Below, one piece after another: positions 8,293 through 19,652 of a DNA stretch of 45,614 nucleotides. Below the pieces are notes generated by a model. It saw nothing but the letters and a program-made list of their open reading frames with translations, was not told the DNA's origin and did not search any database. Position 1 is the stretch's first letter, and every line of letters starts with the position of its first letter. A program made the translations under genes and the position numbers. This DNA is from Candidatus Bathyarchaeota archaeon (lineage in GTDB: Archaea > Thermoproteota > Bathyarchaeia > Bathyarchaeales > Bathyarchaeaceae): NCBI GenBank assembly GCA_963697165.1, contig CAVOMX010000020.1, positions 1 to 45,614 on the forward strand. The letters run 5' to 3'.

Positions 8293-9075
8293 GTGAAAAT
8301 TGCGGTTTCTGGAAAAGGCGGAGTTGGTAAAACCCTTGTTTCTGGTACTCTTGCGGGATACTTCGCAAAAAAAGGATTCAAAGTCATGGCTATTGACGCT
8401 GACCCGTCACCTAACCTAGCCTTAACATTGGGAATACCAATTGAGGAGGCAAACAAGATAGTTCCAATTTCCGAAAATGCTGAACTGCTAAACTCGAAGA
8501 CCCGCACAGATTATCCCGGAGTATTCAAACTCCATTTTACGGTGGATGATATAATTGAAGAGAATGGAATGAAATCGCCATATGGCGTAAACTTGCTTGT
8601 TATGGGAACAATCAAATCTGCTGGAGGAGGATGCGCATGCGGAGCTAATGCGGTTATCAGAGAGCTTCTTCGTCACATGATTGTTGAACGGGACGAGATT
8701 GTGGTTGTGGACATGGAAGCTGGCGTGGAACATATGGGAAGGGGAACAGCCAGCCAAGTAGACATTATGCTTATAGTTGTTGATTCTAGCCGAAAGTCTT
8801 TGGAGATTGCCAAAAAACTTTCTGGTTTTGCCCACGAAGCAGGAATCAAGAATGTCTTAATTGTTGGAAATAGGGTTAGAGATCCAGAAGAAAAAGAATT
8901 GATTACCGATTTTACCACAAAGAATGGGCTACAGCTACTTGCTTTGATTCCATACGATGACACGGTAGTAAAGGCAGACAGAGTAGGAGAGGCTCCTCTA
9001 AAGTATGCAGAAACTTCAGAGGGCGTAAAGGCTATTCAGAGCATCGGAGAGCAACTTCTCCAAAATAATACATAA
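8293..9075 (+). CDS. cooC: CooC/AcsF-type nickel-insertion ATPase (CODH/ACS maturation)
   Basis: KIAVSGKGGVGKT, DADP, GGGCAC, DMEAGVEHMGRG; GTG start at 8293 after GGTGA. Confidence 0.88.
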   Translation: MKIAVSGKGGVGKTLVSGTLAGYFAKKGFKVMAIDADPSPNLALTLGIPIEEANKIVPISENAELLNSKTRTDYPGVFKLHFTVDDIIEENGMKSPYGVNLLVMGTIKSAGGGCACGANAVIRELLRHMIVERDEIVVVDMEAGVEHMGRGTASQVDIMLIVVDSSRKSLEIAKKLSGFAHEAGIKNVLIVGNRVRDPEEKELITDFTTKNGLQLLALIPYDDTVVKADRVGEAPLKYAETSEGVKAIQSIGEQLLQNNT

Positions 9076-9098
9076 CTTTCTTGTAGGTTCTGCAAGGC

Positions 9099-9525
9099 TT
9101 GAGCCAAGACGAAATCAAATCTATTCTAGAAAGCTACAGAACCGTAGCAGTTATTGGGTTTCTAGATACCCAAACAAAGCCAGTTACCGCGTAGCACGGT
9201 ATTTGCAGTCTGTTGGTTACCGTATTATTACAATCAATCCATTTATTTATGAAGTTCTAGGCGAAACATCTTACTAGAACCTCCTTGATGTACCCGAAAC
9301 CAATAGACATGGTGGACATCTTGAGACCATCCGAGGCTGTGCCAGAAATCACAAAGGAAGCAATCAAACTAAAGAATGGTCAGAAACCCCTAAAGTCATC
9401 TGGATGCAGTTGAGAATCGTAAACGAAGATGCGGCAGGGCGAGCGAAAGAGAGGCTGGTTTCACGGTTGTTATGGACAGTGCATAAGGCAAGAACACAAG
9501 CGCATCAGCAGGGAAGGAGCTCTGA
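9099..9525 (+). pseudogene. CoA-binding protein (YccU/COG1832 family), degraded
   Basis: Fragments ILESYRTVAVIG, KASYRVARYLQSVGYRII, IDMVDILRPSE, KVIWMQL, AGFTVVMD, with a stop and several frameshifts. Confidence 0.8.
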
Positions 9526-9563
9526 ATAATTAAACGAAAAAATATTTTAAATATTCTGAGTAA

Positions 9564-10601
9564 CTAGTTTTTACGTGATGCCCAGAGACCTACCAGCTGG
9601 GAAGCTTCATTTAAGGGATTTTTCAGGAGCATTGAAACTCCGACAGTGCATTCAAGCCAGCATCCCCTACACGCAGAGACTTTATGCCATCCCTCACAGT
9701 CACGCTTTTTCAAAACCTCATAAACAGAGTCGGTTAACGTATTCCCAAGCAATAGGTCAGATCGAGCAGGACAAGCCAAAAGCTTTCCCTCTGGATTAAT
9801 TGCAACATACAGTTCTCCAGCGTGACATATCTTCGGTGCTTCACCCTTGAAGAACTGCTCAAAGCCCTTGATGAAGTTTGTTGGCACAACTAAGAAACCC
9901 GGATCAGAACGCTTAAGATTCATCAGATAGTCAAGCAACTGGGAAACTTGTTGTTCACTGGGAACGTTTTCTGGGGAAGGGGGATATGGATGCATAGGCT
10001 GAACCTGAGCGAAGTCAGCTAGGCTGCGAAGTTCCTCGATGAATTGTGGCAGAATGTCGATGTTCCATGGGGTAGCGACACTGTTTACTCCAGTTCTGAC
10101 TCCATTTGCCTTCAGCAGACGTATGGCTTCAACTGCCTTATCGTATGTTCCTGTTACTCCCCTTATCTTGTCATGAACGTCTTTTGGTCCGTCAAGCGAT
10201 ACGACAACTGTGTCAAAGACGTCCGCTATCTTAGAAACTCTGTCTTCGTTCAGGAGGGTCCCATTGGTGTTCATGCTAACTAAGCAGCCGTGCGATGCAA
10301 CCCTCTTGGCCAGAACAATCAAGTCTTTGCGTAGGAGTGGTTCGCCTCCGCTGAGGTCAAAAAAGGGAACCCCCAAGTTGCAAACAGAGTCTATGGCGAC
10401 CAGTGCCTTCTTTGTTGGCAGTTCGGGGATGTCATTTTTCCACCATTCACAGAAAACGCATTTCATGTTGCATCTGCCCGTCACGTTGTATGATGCAAAG
10501 AGAGGTCTGGGTCGTCCTGTCTTGAACTTGAGGAATCCAGCGAGTACCTTGGTGGCTAATTGAGCTTTTTTCATCGTTTCCAATCCCAAATTTTTGGCCA
10601 A
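9564..10601 (-). CDS. Radical SAM protein with SPASM/twitch-type C-terminus
   Basis: CNMKCVFC, SGGEPLL, TNGTLL, VSLDG; C-terminal CHAG...ACP...CRGCWLEC. Confidence 0.9.
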   Translation of the reverse strand: MAKNLGLETMKKAQLATKVLAGFLKFKTGRPRPLFASYNVTGRCNMKCVFCEWWKNDIPELPTKKALVAIDSVCNLGVPFFDLSGGEPLLRKDLIVLAKRVASHGCLVSMNTNGTLLNEDRVSKIADVFDTVVVSLDGPKDVHDKIRGVTGTYDKAVEAIRLLKANGVRTGVNSVATPWNIDILPQFIEELRSLADFAQVQPMHPYPPSPENVPSEQQVSQLLDYLMNLKRSDPGFLVVPTNFIKGFEQFFKGEAPKICHAGELYVAINPEGKLLACPARSDLLLGNTLTDSVYEVLKKRDCEGWHKVSACRGCWLECTVGVSMLLKNPLNEASQLVGLWASRKN

Positions 10602-10653
10602 GATAAAAGAACAACGGAACTCAGCGAATCTTAGGCAGGAGCTATCTTATAGT

Positions 10654-11238
10654 TTAGTTTTTTTGTTTCATTCGATCATACATTTTTTCTAATGTCCAGC
10701 GGATAGACGATTTTAGTTCCCGTAACCTTTCGGGTCTAAGGTTTCTGATGGTTATCTCCTTGAGCATGTTTTCGTCTTGTTTAATGTCAAAAGACACGAT
10801 CTTTTCTGGATCTAGTTCGCCTTTGCTTGCGTCTTCTTTGTCTTTCTCTTGCATCTTCGCCAAAACTCGTTCCACGAAAAAGGATGTAAAGGGTGGAATA
10901 TTTATGTCAAAGTTTTTGTCTTCTGCTAATGTGATTTGTATAAGGTCTTTTTCGGTGTATATTTGGGCTAAGAGGTCTCCAGTCACCGTCTTTAGTGGAA
11001 TGCCTCTTTTCGGTGGTTTAATCGGAAATGGCTGTGGTGTTTCCTGTTTCTGTGGAGTCTGAACTGGCTTAGTGACTTCGGCTCTTTTGAAGCTCTCCTT
11101 AAGCAGGGTTGAGTCTATCAAACTAAGCAACGTTTTTAGTCCATCCAATTCTGTTTCCATATCTTCTACACGTTTTTCTAGAATAGCACGAAGCTTAGCT
11201 ATATTCTTGATTTTTTCTCTTTCTTCTTCAATCATCAT
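10654..11238 (-). CDS. Hypothetical protein with N-terminal coiled coil
   Basis: 194-aa ORF with coding-like composition. Confidence 0.75.
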   Translation of the reverse strand: MMIEEEREKIKNIAKLRAILEKRVEDMETELDGLKTLLSLIDSTLLKESFKRAEVTKPVQTPQKQETPQPFPIKPPKRGIPLKTVTGDLLAQIYTEKDLIQITLAEDKNFDINIPPFTSFFVERVLAKMQEKDKEDASKGELDPEKIVSFDIKQDENMLKEITIRNLRPERLRELKSSIRWTLEKMYDRMKQKN

Positions 11239-11553
11239 TTATTCCCTTCAAGCAAACCATACGTTTCAATCCAAGCATGAACAGACTATTAATCCATAAG
11301 AAATATGGAAGAAGCCCTTTTAAGCTTGGTTTATCCCAGAAAAACATTTGTCAAACAACATTTATGGTCGAGAAGATGGGTTGCTGCCAAAAGTAATTTT
11401 GCACAATTCATTGAGTGAATTATCCTTTTCTAATTTTGAGCCAAAAATGGAAATGTATTATCAGATTGTGGGAAAATACAACGTGATGCCCACTTGATCT
11501 GATCAAAAATTATAACGGTTGATGTCGAATTGAAACATGTGCAACATTGTTGC

Positions 11554-12033
11554 TTACGTTGTAAGGGTGGGTAGTTCGTCGACGGGTTTGAATTCTATGT
11601 TCCATTCTTCTTCCAGAAACTGCTCAAATTCCTTGAAGACCATGCTTTCTGTTTCGTTAAACTTTCGGCAGATATTCTCTCCCGTGTAGACGCGGCTTAG
11701 GTCAAATATGGCTGTTTTCTGCGTTAATTCAGGGTTTTCTTTAATCCATAATATCAGGAATTCTGGCGGTCTTTCCTGGAATAGCCAACCCATATATGAG
11801 ATACCTACCACCTCGTAGGAGTTGCCGCGGCGGATTCCGCATTTGCGGTTTGTTGCGATTCTTTCAAACGTAGATGGGTGGATGGTTTGTGTCCAAAGAA
11901 AATTGTGATAGTCGCCGTCTTCTGTTTTGATCCAGTCTTCGGTTTCGCATGTTTCCCAGCCGCTAAATCGGCACCGCTCCTTAAAACTGTCGATTAAACT
12001 CCAAACTGTGGGAAACTGTAAATTCATTGGCAT
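11554..12033 (-). CDS. Hypothetical protein
   Basis: 159-aa ORF divergent from the Lrp gene. Confidence 0.7.
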   Translation of the reverse strand: MPMNLQFPTVWSLIDSFKERCRFSGWETCETEDWIKTEDGDYHNFLWTQTIHPSTFERIATNRKCGIRRGNSYEVVGISYMGWLFQERPPEFLILWIKENPELTQKTAIFDLSRVYTGENICRKFNETESMVFKEFEQFLEEEWNIEFKPVDELPTLTT

Positions 12034-12304
12034 ACCCTAGTGGCTAACTATAGAATTAATCCATTATCGTAGATTTAAGGTTGTTCGACAAGAATGCCAA
12101 AAAAATGTTGGTTAACATCTTAAAAATTGAACAAATGTAGGCATAACCATTTTTTTATTACATTTTTCTATAATTTGGCGAATTTTCCGTAAACTTGTTT
12201 ATTGAAAATTTTACGAAAAAACGTTTAATAATCTACAGTTTTCCGACAGTAAACGATAAATTAGTAAACCTGAAAGAATATTCAATATATTCAAGGTTTG
12301 GACG

Positions 12305-12784
12305 ATGAAACTGAAAAATCAAGTGTTTTCTCTTGATGCCTTAGACTGGAAAATATTACAGGCTATCCAAGAAAATTCGAAGCAAACTTACTCTGAGGTT
12401 GGTCGCCAATTAGGCGTAGCCCACTCTACAGTCTATGACAGAATAAAAAAGTTAGAGAAAAATGGTGTCATCCAAAAATGGACCGTTGACATTGACATTG
12501 AAAGGCTTGGGTTAAATCACATAACCGCTCGCATGACAGTTTACACTGATCCAAAAGAAAGCGAGAATGTGGCAAAGAAGCTGTCAGAAGCTAAGGAGGT
12601 TTTGGAAGTTTCGTTATCGCTTTCTGAGGAATTGTTGATAATCGCGAAGGTGCATGCTGAAAACCAAGATAGCCTTCATTCATTTATAGCGAAACAGGTT
12701 GCACCTCTTCAGGGAGTGCTAAGAATCCGAACTTCAATAATTACAAAGAAAATCAAAGAAGAAAGGTTCCTGATATCGAAATAA
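12305..12784 (+). CDS. Lrp/AsnC family transcriptional regulator
   Basis: LDALDWKILQAIQENSKQTYSEVGRQLGVAHSTVYDRIKKLEKNGVI HTH plus RAM domain. Confidence 0.93.
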   Translation: MKLKNQVFSLDALDWKILQAIQENSKQTYSEVGRQLGVAHSTVYDRIKKLEKNGVIQKWTVDIDIERLGLNHITARMTVYTDPKESENVAKKLSEAKEVLEVSLSLSEELLIIAKVHAENQDSLHSFIAKQVAPLQGVLRIRTSIITKKIKEERFLISK

Positions 12785-12862
12785 TGAAAACTATAAAAGA
12801 TTTGATGTCTATAGTTAAACTGTAAAAAGCCTCTTTCTCACATTAAAGGAGAGCGTCATGCT

Positions 12863-13192
12863 TTGACACCTTCATCTTCCGCCCGAATTCTTAGAACATT
12901 ATCTAGAAATAACGCTTTCTATTTCTTCACATCTGTCGGTAACTACACAGGCCACAGGGCGATGTCACTAGAAGAGTTTGCAAATAAAATCAGAGAAGTC
13001 GATACTGCATCTCTGGAGTTTCACCTCTATCGGGGAGACTTCGAAAAATGGGCAGATGAAGTTCTTGAAGACCATGAACTAATTGGGAGATTATGCGCAG
13101 TGAAACTTCTAGAACCAATCGGAAACGGACTGAGGGATCAACTGGATTTCACAGTTTCAAAACGTCTTGAGGAACTGAAAAACACTCAATAG
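12863..13192 (+). CDS. DUF5752-like protein
   Basis: AFYFFTSVGNYTG..AMSLEEF...SLEFHLYRGDFEKW pattern. Confidence 0.7.
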   Translation: MTPSSSARILRTLSRNNAFYFFTSVGNYTGHRAMSLEEFANKIREVDTASLEFHLYRGDFEKWADEVLEDHELIGRLCAVKLLEPIGNGLRDQLDFTVSKRLEELKNTQ

Positions 13193-13201
13193 TTTAATGT
13201 T

Positions 13202-14963
13202 TTAGCCATCTATCTTTTTGAGTTGGCTTCGATACATTTCGACAACTTCTTGGGTGGTTGTTGCATCCTCTGCGGATTTGTCTACTCTATATTTCCCTGT
13301 GAAACGTGGAAACCGTATGGCAAGTCCGCTTTCTTTTCTTATGACATTCATTGCGCATGTATGGATGGGGCTAAGTGTTATCTCAGCTCCTCTAATTTCG
13401 ATGACAACTACTGGTTCAAACCAAACATCCACATCAAGGGTTGAGTCAACACGGGGATGTTTATGGCTTATCTTATGTTTGTTCAGTAGTTTTGGAAGCT
13501 TCTCAAGGTCCACGTCGGTGAATCCAGTTCCAACTTTTGTTACCGTCTCGAAAATGTCCATGTCTGGGTTGTATGCTGCTAGAAGATATGCTCCGTATGT
13601 TCCTGCTCGTTTTCCTCTTCCGTGGAAGGCTCCAATCACTACCAAGTCAACGGTGTCAGTTATTTCGCTTCGATAGTCGCGTTTGTATTTTATCCAGAGC
13701 CAGCCTCTTGCTCCTGCCTGATAAACAGAATCCTGATTAATTGATTTGCACATTATTCCCTCGCTTCCGCTTTCCACTGTCTTCTCAAAGAACAGCTCCA
13801 GCCGCTCCGGGTCTTCTGCAATTATATGTTCTGCTACTTTGACATTGTCTGTTTCTTCGATAATGTTCTCGAGATGTTTATGGCGGACAGGGTAGGGTTG
13901 CAGGGTCAGGTCTTTTCCATCAACGTAGAGAACATCAAACAGGAATAGAGCGATTGGATGCTCTTCCATTGCCTCTTTTATTCCGTATTTTCGTCTGCGG
14001 TGCATTAGCTCCTGAAACGGCTTCATTTCACCTGTTTCTGGGTCAATTGCAACGGCTTCTGCCTCCACAATAGCAGTCTCTAGCCTTAACATGCTTCTGA
14101 ATATACTCGACCCCGTCTGGGTACTGGTCAGTGATGTTTTCTAGACGACGCGAAAAAAGAATAACCTCATCATTCTTCTTGTGGGCTTGTATCCGCTCGC
14201 CGTCATACTTGTATTCTGCCATGCATTTTCCTCCAAGCTTCTCAAGAATCTCAGCAGATGAACTCAATCTTTCAGCAAGCATTGGACGAATTGGCTCCCA
14301 CGGCATCACCTCAAACTTTTTGATTCGCTCAATTCCCTCTTCGGCAACAAGCTTCGCAACTCTACCTAAGTCAGATGAGATGTTATAGGCGCGCTCCAGC
14401 TCTTCACGGGTCTCTTTTCCGCCCCCAAAAGCTACAGCCAACGCATCTAACACAGTCATGTCTGCGATTCCCAGTCGTAGACTACCTGTTACTGTTCGAA
14501 CTATGTACTTTGCCTCGCTTGGAGAAGAATCAGACAAAAGACCCGCCAATAGACCCAACTTCTGGTCCACAGAACCTGAACCGGTGGATTTTGCTATCTT
14601 GTCTAATGTTTCGTAGACTCTCTCAACAGTCAAGGGTGATGAAAAGAAGGTTGATTGTGTTTTCTTTTCCATGAATTTTTGGGTTGTTTCTCCAAGGTCC
14701 CCAGTTTTTTGTATGTCTTCTTCTATGTCTTTTTCGCGGTGACCTGCAGACTTTGCAACTGCGCGTATAGCCAGTTTCTCGGCGATGCCTATTTCTATTC
14801 CAACAAAGTCCGGATACAGTTTTCCCTGCGTCAAATACACAACTCTGTCGATGAGGCTCTTTGGAGTCTCTTTCAAGATTTCGACCAGATAATCGGTCAT
14901 TTCGAGCCGTTTTGTTGTTGCCTCAATCTTTTCGTAAGCATCAGCTATACTGGAATACTTCAA
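13202..14963 (-). CDS. lig: ATP-dependent DNA ligase (one +1 frameshift near 14080)
   Basis: EYKYDGER motif I, SEGIMCK, WIKYKRDY, RFPRF; two ORFs joined by removing one base. Confidence 0.95.
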
Positions 14964-15044
14964 CTGGAAACTTCCTCACATCTAGAAAGAAACTTGCGGA
15001 GATATTAAGGTTAAATCTCATTTGCTTCTCGGTGGCGGGCAGAA

Positions 15045-15362
15045 TTACTTTTTTGCTAAAAGTAATAGTCCGCAGATGATGTTTATGGCTCCTACAAGAC
15101 CTAGGATTCCTAAAAAGAGTGGATTCAAGAACATTTTGACGGCAGTTAGGATGCTGTAAGCGGATAGGCTAATAACAAAGATGCCGACGGCAAACATAAC
15201 AAGAGACAGAACTCTGCCCACGGTCTCAGCCACCTTGAAAACATCTAAAGCCTCGGTTCCTGTGGTGTCCTTGAAGACGGGTTCTCTTTTCGGAATGTAA
15301 TCTGGTGCGCGAACAGAAATCTCTTTGGTTTTCTTCCGTTTTTTCGCCAACTTCGCCCACAT
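15045..15362 (-). CDS. Small membrane protein (2 TM)
   Basis: Basic N-terminus and two hydrophobic helices. Confidence 0.65.
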   Translation of the reverse strand: MWAKLAKKRKKTKEISVRAPDYIPKREPVFKDTTGTEALDVFKVAETVGRVLSLVMFAVGIFVISLSAYSILTAVKMFLNPLFLGILGLVGAINIICGLLLLAKK

Positions 15363-15384
15363 CTATAGTCTACGAGAGAATCAG

Positions 15385-16885
15385 CTAATCAATTTTGTGT
15401 GCAGATGTAAGAATATTCAGAACCCCAGCAAGGATGGATACCAATCCAGCAAGAATTGTGATAGCCAGCAGGGAAGGCTGCACAACAAGAAATGACAGCA
15501 GAATCAACGATACTCCTGCACCGAAACAAATTCCTCCAACGGCAACCCGTAAACGATTAAAGTCAACTTCACGCTTCACCATCCTAAGATAATACGTGAC
15601 CAAAACTATAGCCACCATCCCAAGACTGGATAGCAATGCGCTTTCGGCGTTTACGTCCCTTAGAATCACAGGAAATGTAAGCAGCAGAACAGACATTATG
15701 ATTCCAGCAATGGGAGTAAGCGGATAGAGAGGAGCCTTGAAGGGTCTATCTAGCCGCGGTTTCTTTCTTCTGAGTTGAATAAGCGAGAGATTAACCAAAG
15801 CAAAAACCAACAGAGAACCAAAGCTCGCCGCATAACCAAGAAACACCACTGCTCCGCTGACACCAAAGAATATCACAAAAAGCGAGCTAGCAATGATTGC
15901 CACGTAACGTGTTCCAAACCGCTTGTGAGCCTTCTCCAGCACCTTGGGCAAATATCCATCTCTGCTCATTCCTCCAAGAATGCTGGATTGCACAGACATT
16001 GCTGTGCCCACAGACGAGACACTAGCAAACATTCCAGCTAGCGCAAAAAGGATGGCACCAACCGGACCTAGAACCATTGAGGCTGCGAGGTTGAGAAGTG
16101 GAGGGTCTCCAGCAGTTCTCGGCATATCAAAGGGGACAACTCCAACAGCCACGTAAGCAACCGCAAAGTAGACTACAGTCAATAAAATAGTTGTTATCAT
16201 CAAAGCTCTGGGAACATTTTTTCCCGGATTCTTAATCTGCGGAGCCCCAGCCACTAGGGCTCTCATCCCAACAAACATTGGAAAAATATATGCGGTTGTC
16301 GCAAAGAAGACAACTAAACTGTTTGGTGAAGCTTCGGGCACTATATTTTGTGGCGTCAGAGTGTATCCTAGGCTCACGACAAGAAAAATGACGAATATCG
16401 CTAAGAACGCACCCACTATGAGGGTAGTGGCTTCTTCTACTCCTCGAATCGCTAGAAATATGAGAATGACAACTAATCCTACAATCAAAATAGAAACATT
16501 GGCTAAAACAAGATCCTGAATGTGATGGAGCAAAAACCGAAAAGAGCACTCCCAACTGGCTTACGAAAACTACAGCAGCAAGAGCACCACCAAAGACGCT
16601 GGCAAGCCATCTAAGGCATCCAGCCATGAAGGATATGAAGCCTCCGAAGGCAACTTTTGTGTAGGTGTATTCGCCTCCAACTTCTGGGAGGGCTGCGCTG
16701 AGTTCGCTGTAGCTTAACATGGTTACCAGATTTATTATACCACAAAAGAACAGGGCAGATATCATGCTGGGTCCTGCCAAATCAAAGTAAGCATAATTAA
16801 GTAACGCAAAAATCTCGAACCCTATGGCACCGCCTAAACCCATGATTACTGCACTAAAGAGACCAAGTTTTCTTTCAGTAGTCAA
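15385..16885 (-). CDS. APC-family amino acid permease (frameshift near 16520)
   Basis: LGLFSAVIMGLGGAIGFEIF, YSELSAALPEVGGEY, GMSRDGYLP, RPFKAPLYP; many TM helices. Confidence 0.9.
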
Positions 16886-16904
16886 TCAACATATTCCTCC
16901 TAGG

Positions 16905-17132
16905 TTATTTCGGTCCCTCACGGATCAGAAAGAATCCGTTTATGACTGAAAAAATGCTAAACAAGCCAAGAATCAGCAGATAGAGCGGTAGAAGTTCAGG
17001 GGGTGAAGTTAAAACGGTCTGAACTTCGATAATTCTAAGACCAAGCAGGACTGCTATTGCTCCAGATAATATTCCTATGATGCCTTGAGCTGTGCCGATT
17101 ATAGCGTAAAGTATTCTTCTGTTTTCCATCAT
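16905..17132 (-). CDS. Small membrane protein (2 TM)
   Basis: 75-aa hydrophobic ORF in the permease operon; GGTGA RBS. Confidence 0.65.
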   Translation of the reverse strand: MMENRRILYAIIGTAQGIIGILSGAIAVLLGLRIIEVQTVLTSPPELLPLYLLILGLFSIFSVINGFFLIREGPK

Positions 17133-17135
17133 ATT

Positions 17136-17360
17136 TCACCTTCGCCAGAGCATAATTCCAGCCACTAAATCAATCAAACCGATCCCAAGCAAAAGCAACA
17201 AAGAGAGGCTCTGAACCGTTTCACTTTCAAGTATGCTAAAATCTACCACACCCAAGAAGCCAATAACAAAGACGCAGGTAACTATGATTCCCACAAATAT
17301 GAGAAAACCGCCTAAGGCAACCGCAAATCTGCTAAACCACTTCGTAAACCTCAACATCAT
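17136..17360 (-). CDS. Small membrane protein (2 TM)
   Basis: 74-aa hydrophobic ORF; GGTGA RBS. Confidence 0.65.
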   Translation of the reverse strand: MMLRFTKWFSRFAVALGGFLIFVGIIVTCVFVIGFLGVVDFSILESETVQSLSLLLLLGIGLIDLVAGIMLWRR

Positions 17361-17635
17361 TTCACCATCACATCAGATTGTTTTTTTGAATCGCCTCGAC
17401 AATACCACTAACACTTCAAACGGGCTACCAGCATTAATTCGTGTTACAGGTCTCTCTATCTGAACAGCTTTTACTCTTTTTATCTGTTTTTACATTTAAA
17501 ACTTCAGAGAATCCACTTCTGGCAATTCCCATTTTCCCACAAAAGAAGCATTTTCATCTCGACTCCCAGTTATCAACGATTACTGCAACAAAATTTAAGA
17601 ACCACAGACCACGTTGAAAATGTTGGAGCGATAAT

Positions 17636-18649
17636 ATGCCCTGCACGGTATTAGTTTGCGGATTTTTCGGAGACACTGGAAAAGGAAAAATGATTTCATA
17701 CTTGGCAGTGAAAGACAAAACTGCTGTAACGGCAAGAGCTGGAGTTGGCCCCAACGCTGGTCACACTGTAGTTTATGAAGGAAAAACTTACAAGCTCAGA
17801 ATGTTACCCAGTGCCTTCACTTTTCCTGATTGTCGTCTTCTTATTGGACCCGGAGTTTTGGTCAATCCAGATATTTTCTTAGACGAAATACAGGTGACCG
17901 GAACTCAAGGCAGAGTAGGCATAGACCCGCAATGTGCCGTAATTGAGCCTAAACATATGGAAGCAGACAGAAAGGGATATTTGGCACAAAAAATTAAATC
18001 AACGGGTTCAGGGTCAGGTCCCTGCAACGCTGACCGGGTTATGCGAGTCGCCAAATTAGCCCGCGAGTTTCCTAAACTTAAAGAATTTTTGGTGGACGTT
18101 CCTTTAGAAGTAAACACTGCCATCACCGAAGGAAAAAACGTTTTGATTGAAGGCACTCAAGGAACATATCTCTCACTTTTCCATGGAACCTACCCATACT
18201 GCACATCTAAGGACGTGTGTGCAGCTGCTGCCTGTTCAGATGTTGGTGTTGGTCCAACAAACGTTGACGATGTTATCGTAGTATTCAAAGCGTATAATAC
18301 CCGTGTTGGAGGCGGACCACTTGCAGGCGAGCTTTCGTGGGAAGAAGCTGAACGTAGAGGCTGGGCGGAGATCGCCACAAATACTGGAAGAAAACGAAGA
18401 GCTGCGCCTTTCGATTTTGATTTGGCGAAACGTGCGGTTATGTTGAATGGTGCAACCCAAGTTACAGTGACGAAGATTGATGTGCTGTTTCCTGAATGTG
18501 CAGGTGTTACTTCTTATGATGAGGTGTCTAGTGAAGCAAAAGCTTTTGTTGAGACCATTGAAAAGCAGCTTAAAGTTCCTGTTACTATGCTTGGTACTGG
18601 TCCGGGCACGATGGAAGTAGTTGATAGAAGAGAAGAACTAAAAAGCTAG
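17636..18649 (+). CDS. purA: Adenylosuccinate synthetase (short archaeal form)
   Basis: GFFGDTGKGK, GPNAGHT, EGTQG, YPYCTS, TRVGGGP, TGRKRR. Confidence 0.96.
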   Translation: MPCTVLVCGFFGDTGKGKMISYLAVKDKTAVTARAGVGPNAGHTVVYEGKTYKLRMLPSAFTFPDCRLLIGPGVLVNPDIFLDEIQVTGTQGRVGIDPQCAVIEPKHMEADRKGYLAQKIKSTGSGSGPCNADRVMRVAKLAREFPKLKEFLVDVPLEVNTAITEGKNVLIEGTQGTYLSLFHGTYPYCTSKDVCAAAACSDVGVGPTNVDDVIVVFKAYNTRVGGGPLAGELSWEEAERRGWAEIATNTGRKRRAAPFDFDLAKRAVMLNGATQVTVTKIDVLFPECAGVTSYDEVSSEAKAFVETIEKQLKVPVTMLGTGPGTMEVVDRREELKS

Positions 18650-18684
18650 TTCTGTTTTGTTGTGGTTGTGAGGTTAAAATTAAC

Positions 18685-18966
18685 ATGTCAACAGTTGTGG
18701 TAAATGTTTCTGAACTTCGAAGCTTTGATGATGATAGCATAAAAGAGTTGTCGGACTTTCTTGAGGGACACATAGAAGCCACTGTGGTTGTCGCAAAAAA
18801 AGAGGTAACCCTAGAGTTTGAGGAAGGAAAAGCAGCATCAAGATCGCGTCTACGAATGCTTCTTCGAAAATTCTTGCACAAAGCAAACTTGAGAGAAGAT
18901 TTTCGGGTTATTTCTGGCGGAGAAAATAGTTACATAATGAAAGAGAAAAAGGAATACTCTGAATAA
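18685..18966 (+). CDS. rpl22e: Ribosomal protein eL22 (L22e)-like
   Basis: SRSRLRMLLRKFLHKANLREDFRVISGGENSYIMK resembles the eL22 C-terminal signature; 93 aa. Confidence 0.7.
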   Translation: MSTVVVNVSELRSFDDDSIKELSDFLEGHIEATVVVAKKEVTLEFEEGKAASRSRLRMLLRKFLHKANLREDFRVISGGENSYIMKEKKEYSE

Positions 18967-19296
18967 GCTCTGATTGTGAATGTTGATTTTTTCAATAAAA
19001 TTTTGTTTTGTGTCTATTGAGACTCTTCGTAGAGGCATTTTTGCTGTAGTCTGCTCTTTTGGTTAGCTAAATATACATTTACCATTCTTATGATCTTTCA
19101 TAGAACATTTCCTTTTTTGTCAATCAAAAATTATCTTAGGTTTAAAATTCCACCTAAAAATATAGTACAAATAATTATGACTATGATAGTAATTAGAGCA
19201 ATTCATTTTATTGAAGAATTTTTTTGTAGAAAAGTGCAAATTTTTCAAAGATACAAAGGGAAGTATTGAATATGAATTCGGGCGCATACTGAATTG

Positions 19297-19566
19297 TTAT
19301 ACTTCATTAGTCATATCTTCTATTTTTACTGAGAAACTATATTTTTCAAAAAGATTAGTGTAAATTTTAACTTTGTCAATTAATTGTTTTGCTTCTGAAA
19401 CTGAATCTCCACAATATGTAACCCCCAGATAGTATGGTTCTGGGTCAGAACTTGAAATAAGGGTAGGTTCAATTTGTAGATTCGACGCAAAAGTGCAAAT
19501 CGGAAGTAATAGAATAATAAACACAAATACTGTGAAAATTTCGCTGATCCTATTCAAAACATTCAC
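19297..19566 (-). pseudogene. Truncated exported-protein gene (N-terminal part only)
   Basis: Signal-like N-terminus then YLGVTYCGDSVSEAKQLIDKVKIYTNLF; ends abruptly in AT-rich DNA. Confidence 0.45.
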
Positions 19567-19652
19567 TTAACTCGCCTATTTTTGGAATTAATTAAAAGCT
19601 TTTTGCCATATACTTGCGTTGAATACGGAAGAGTCACTATGAGGTTGTGTTG

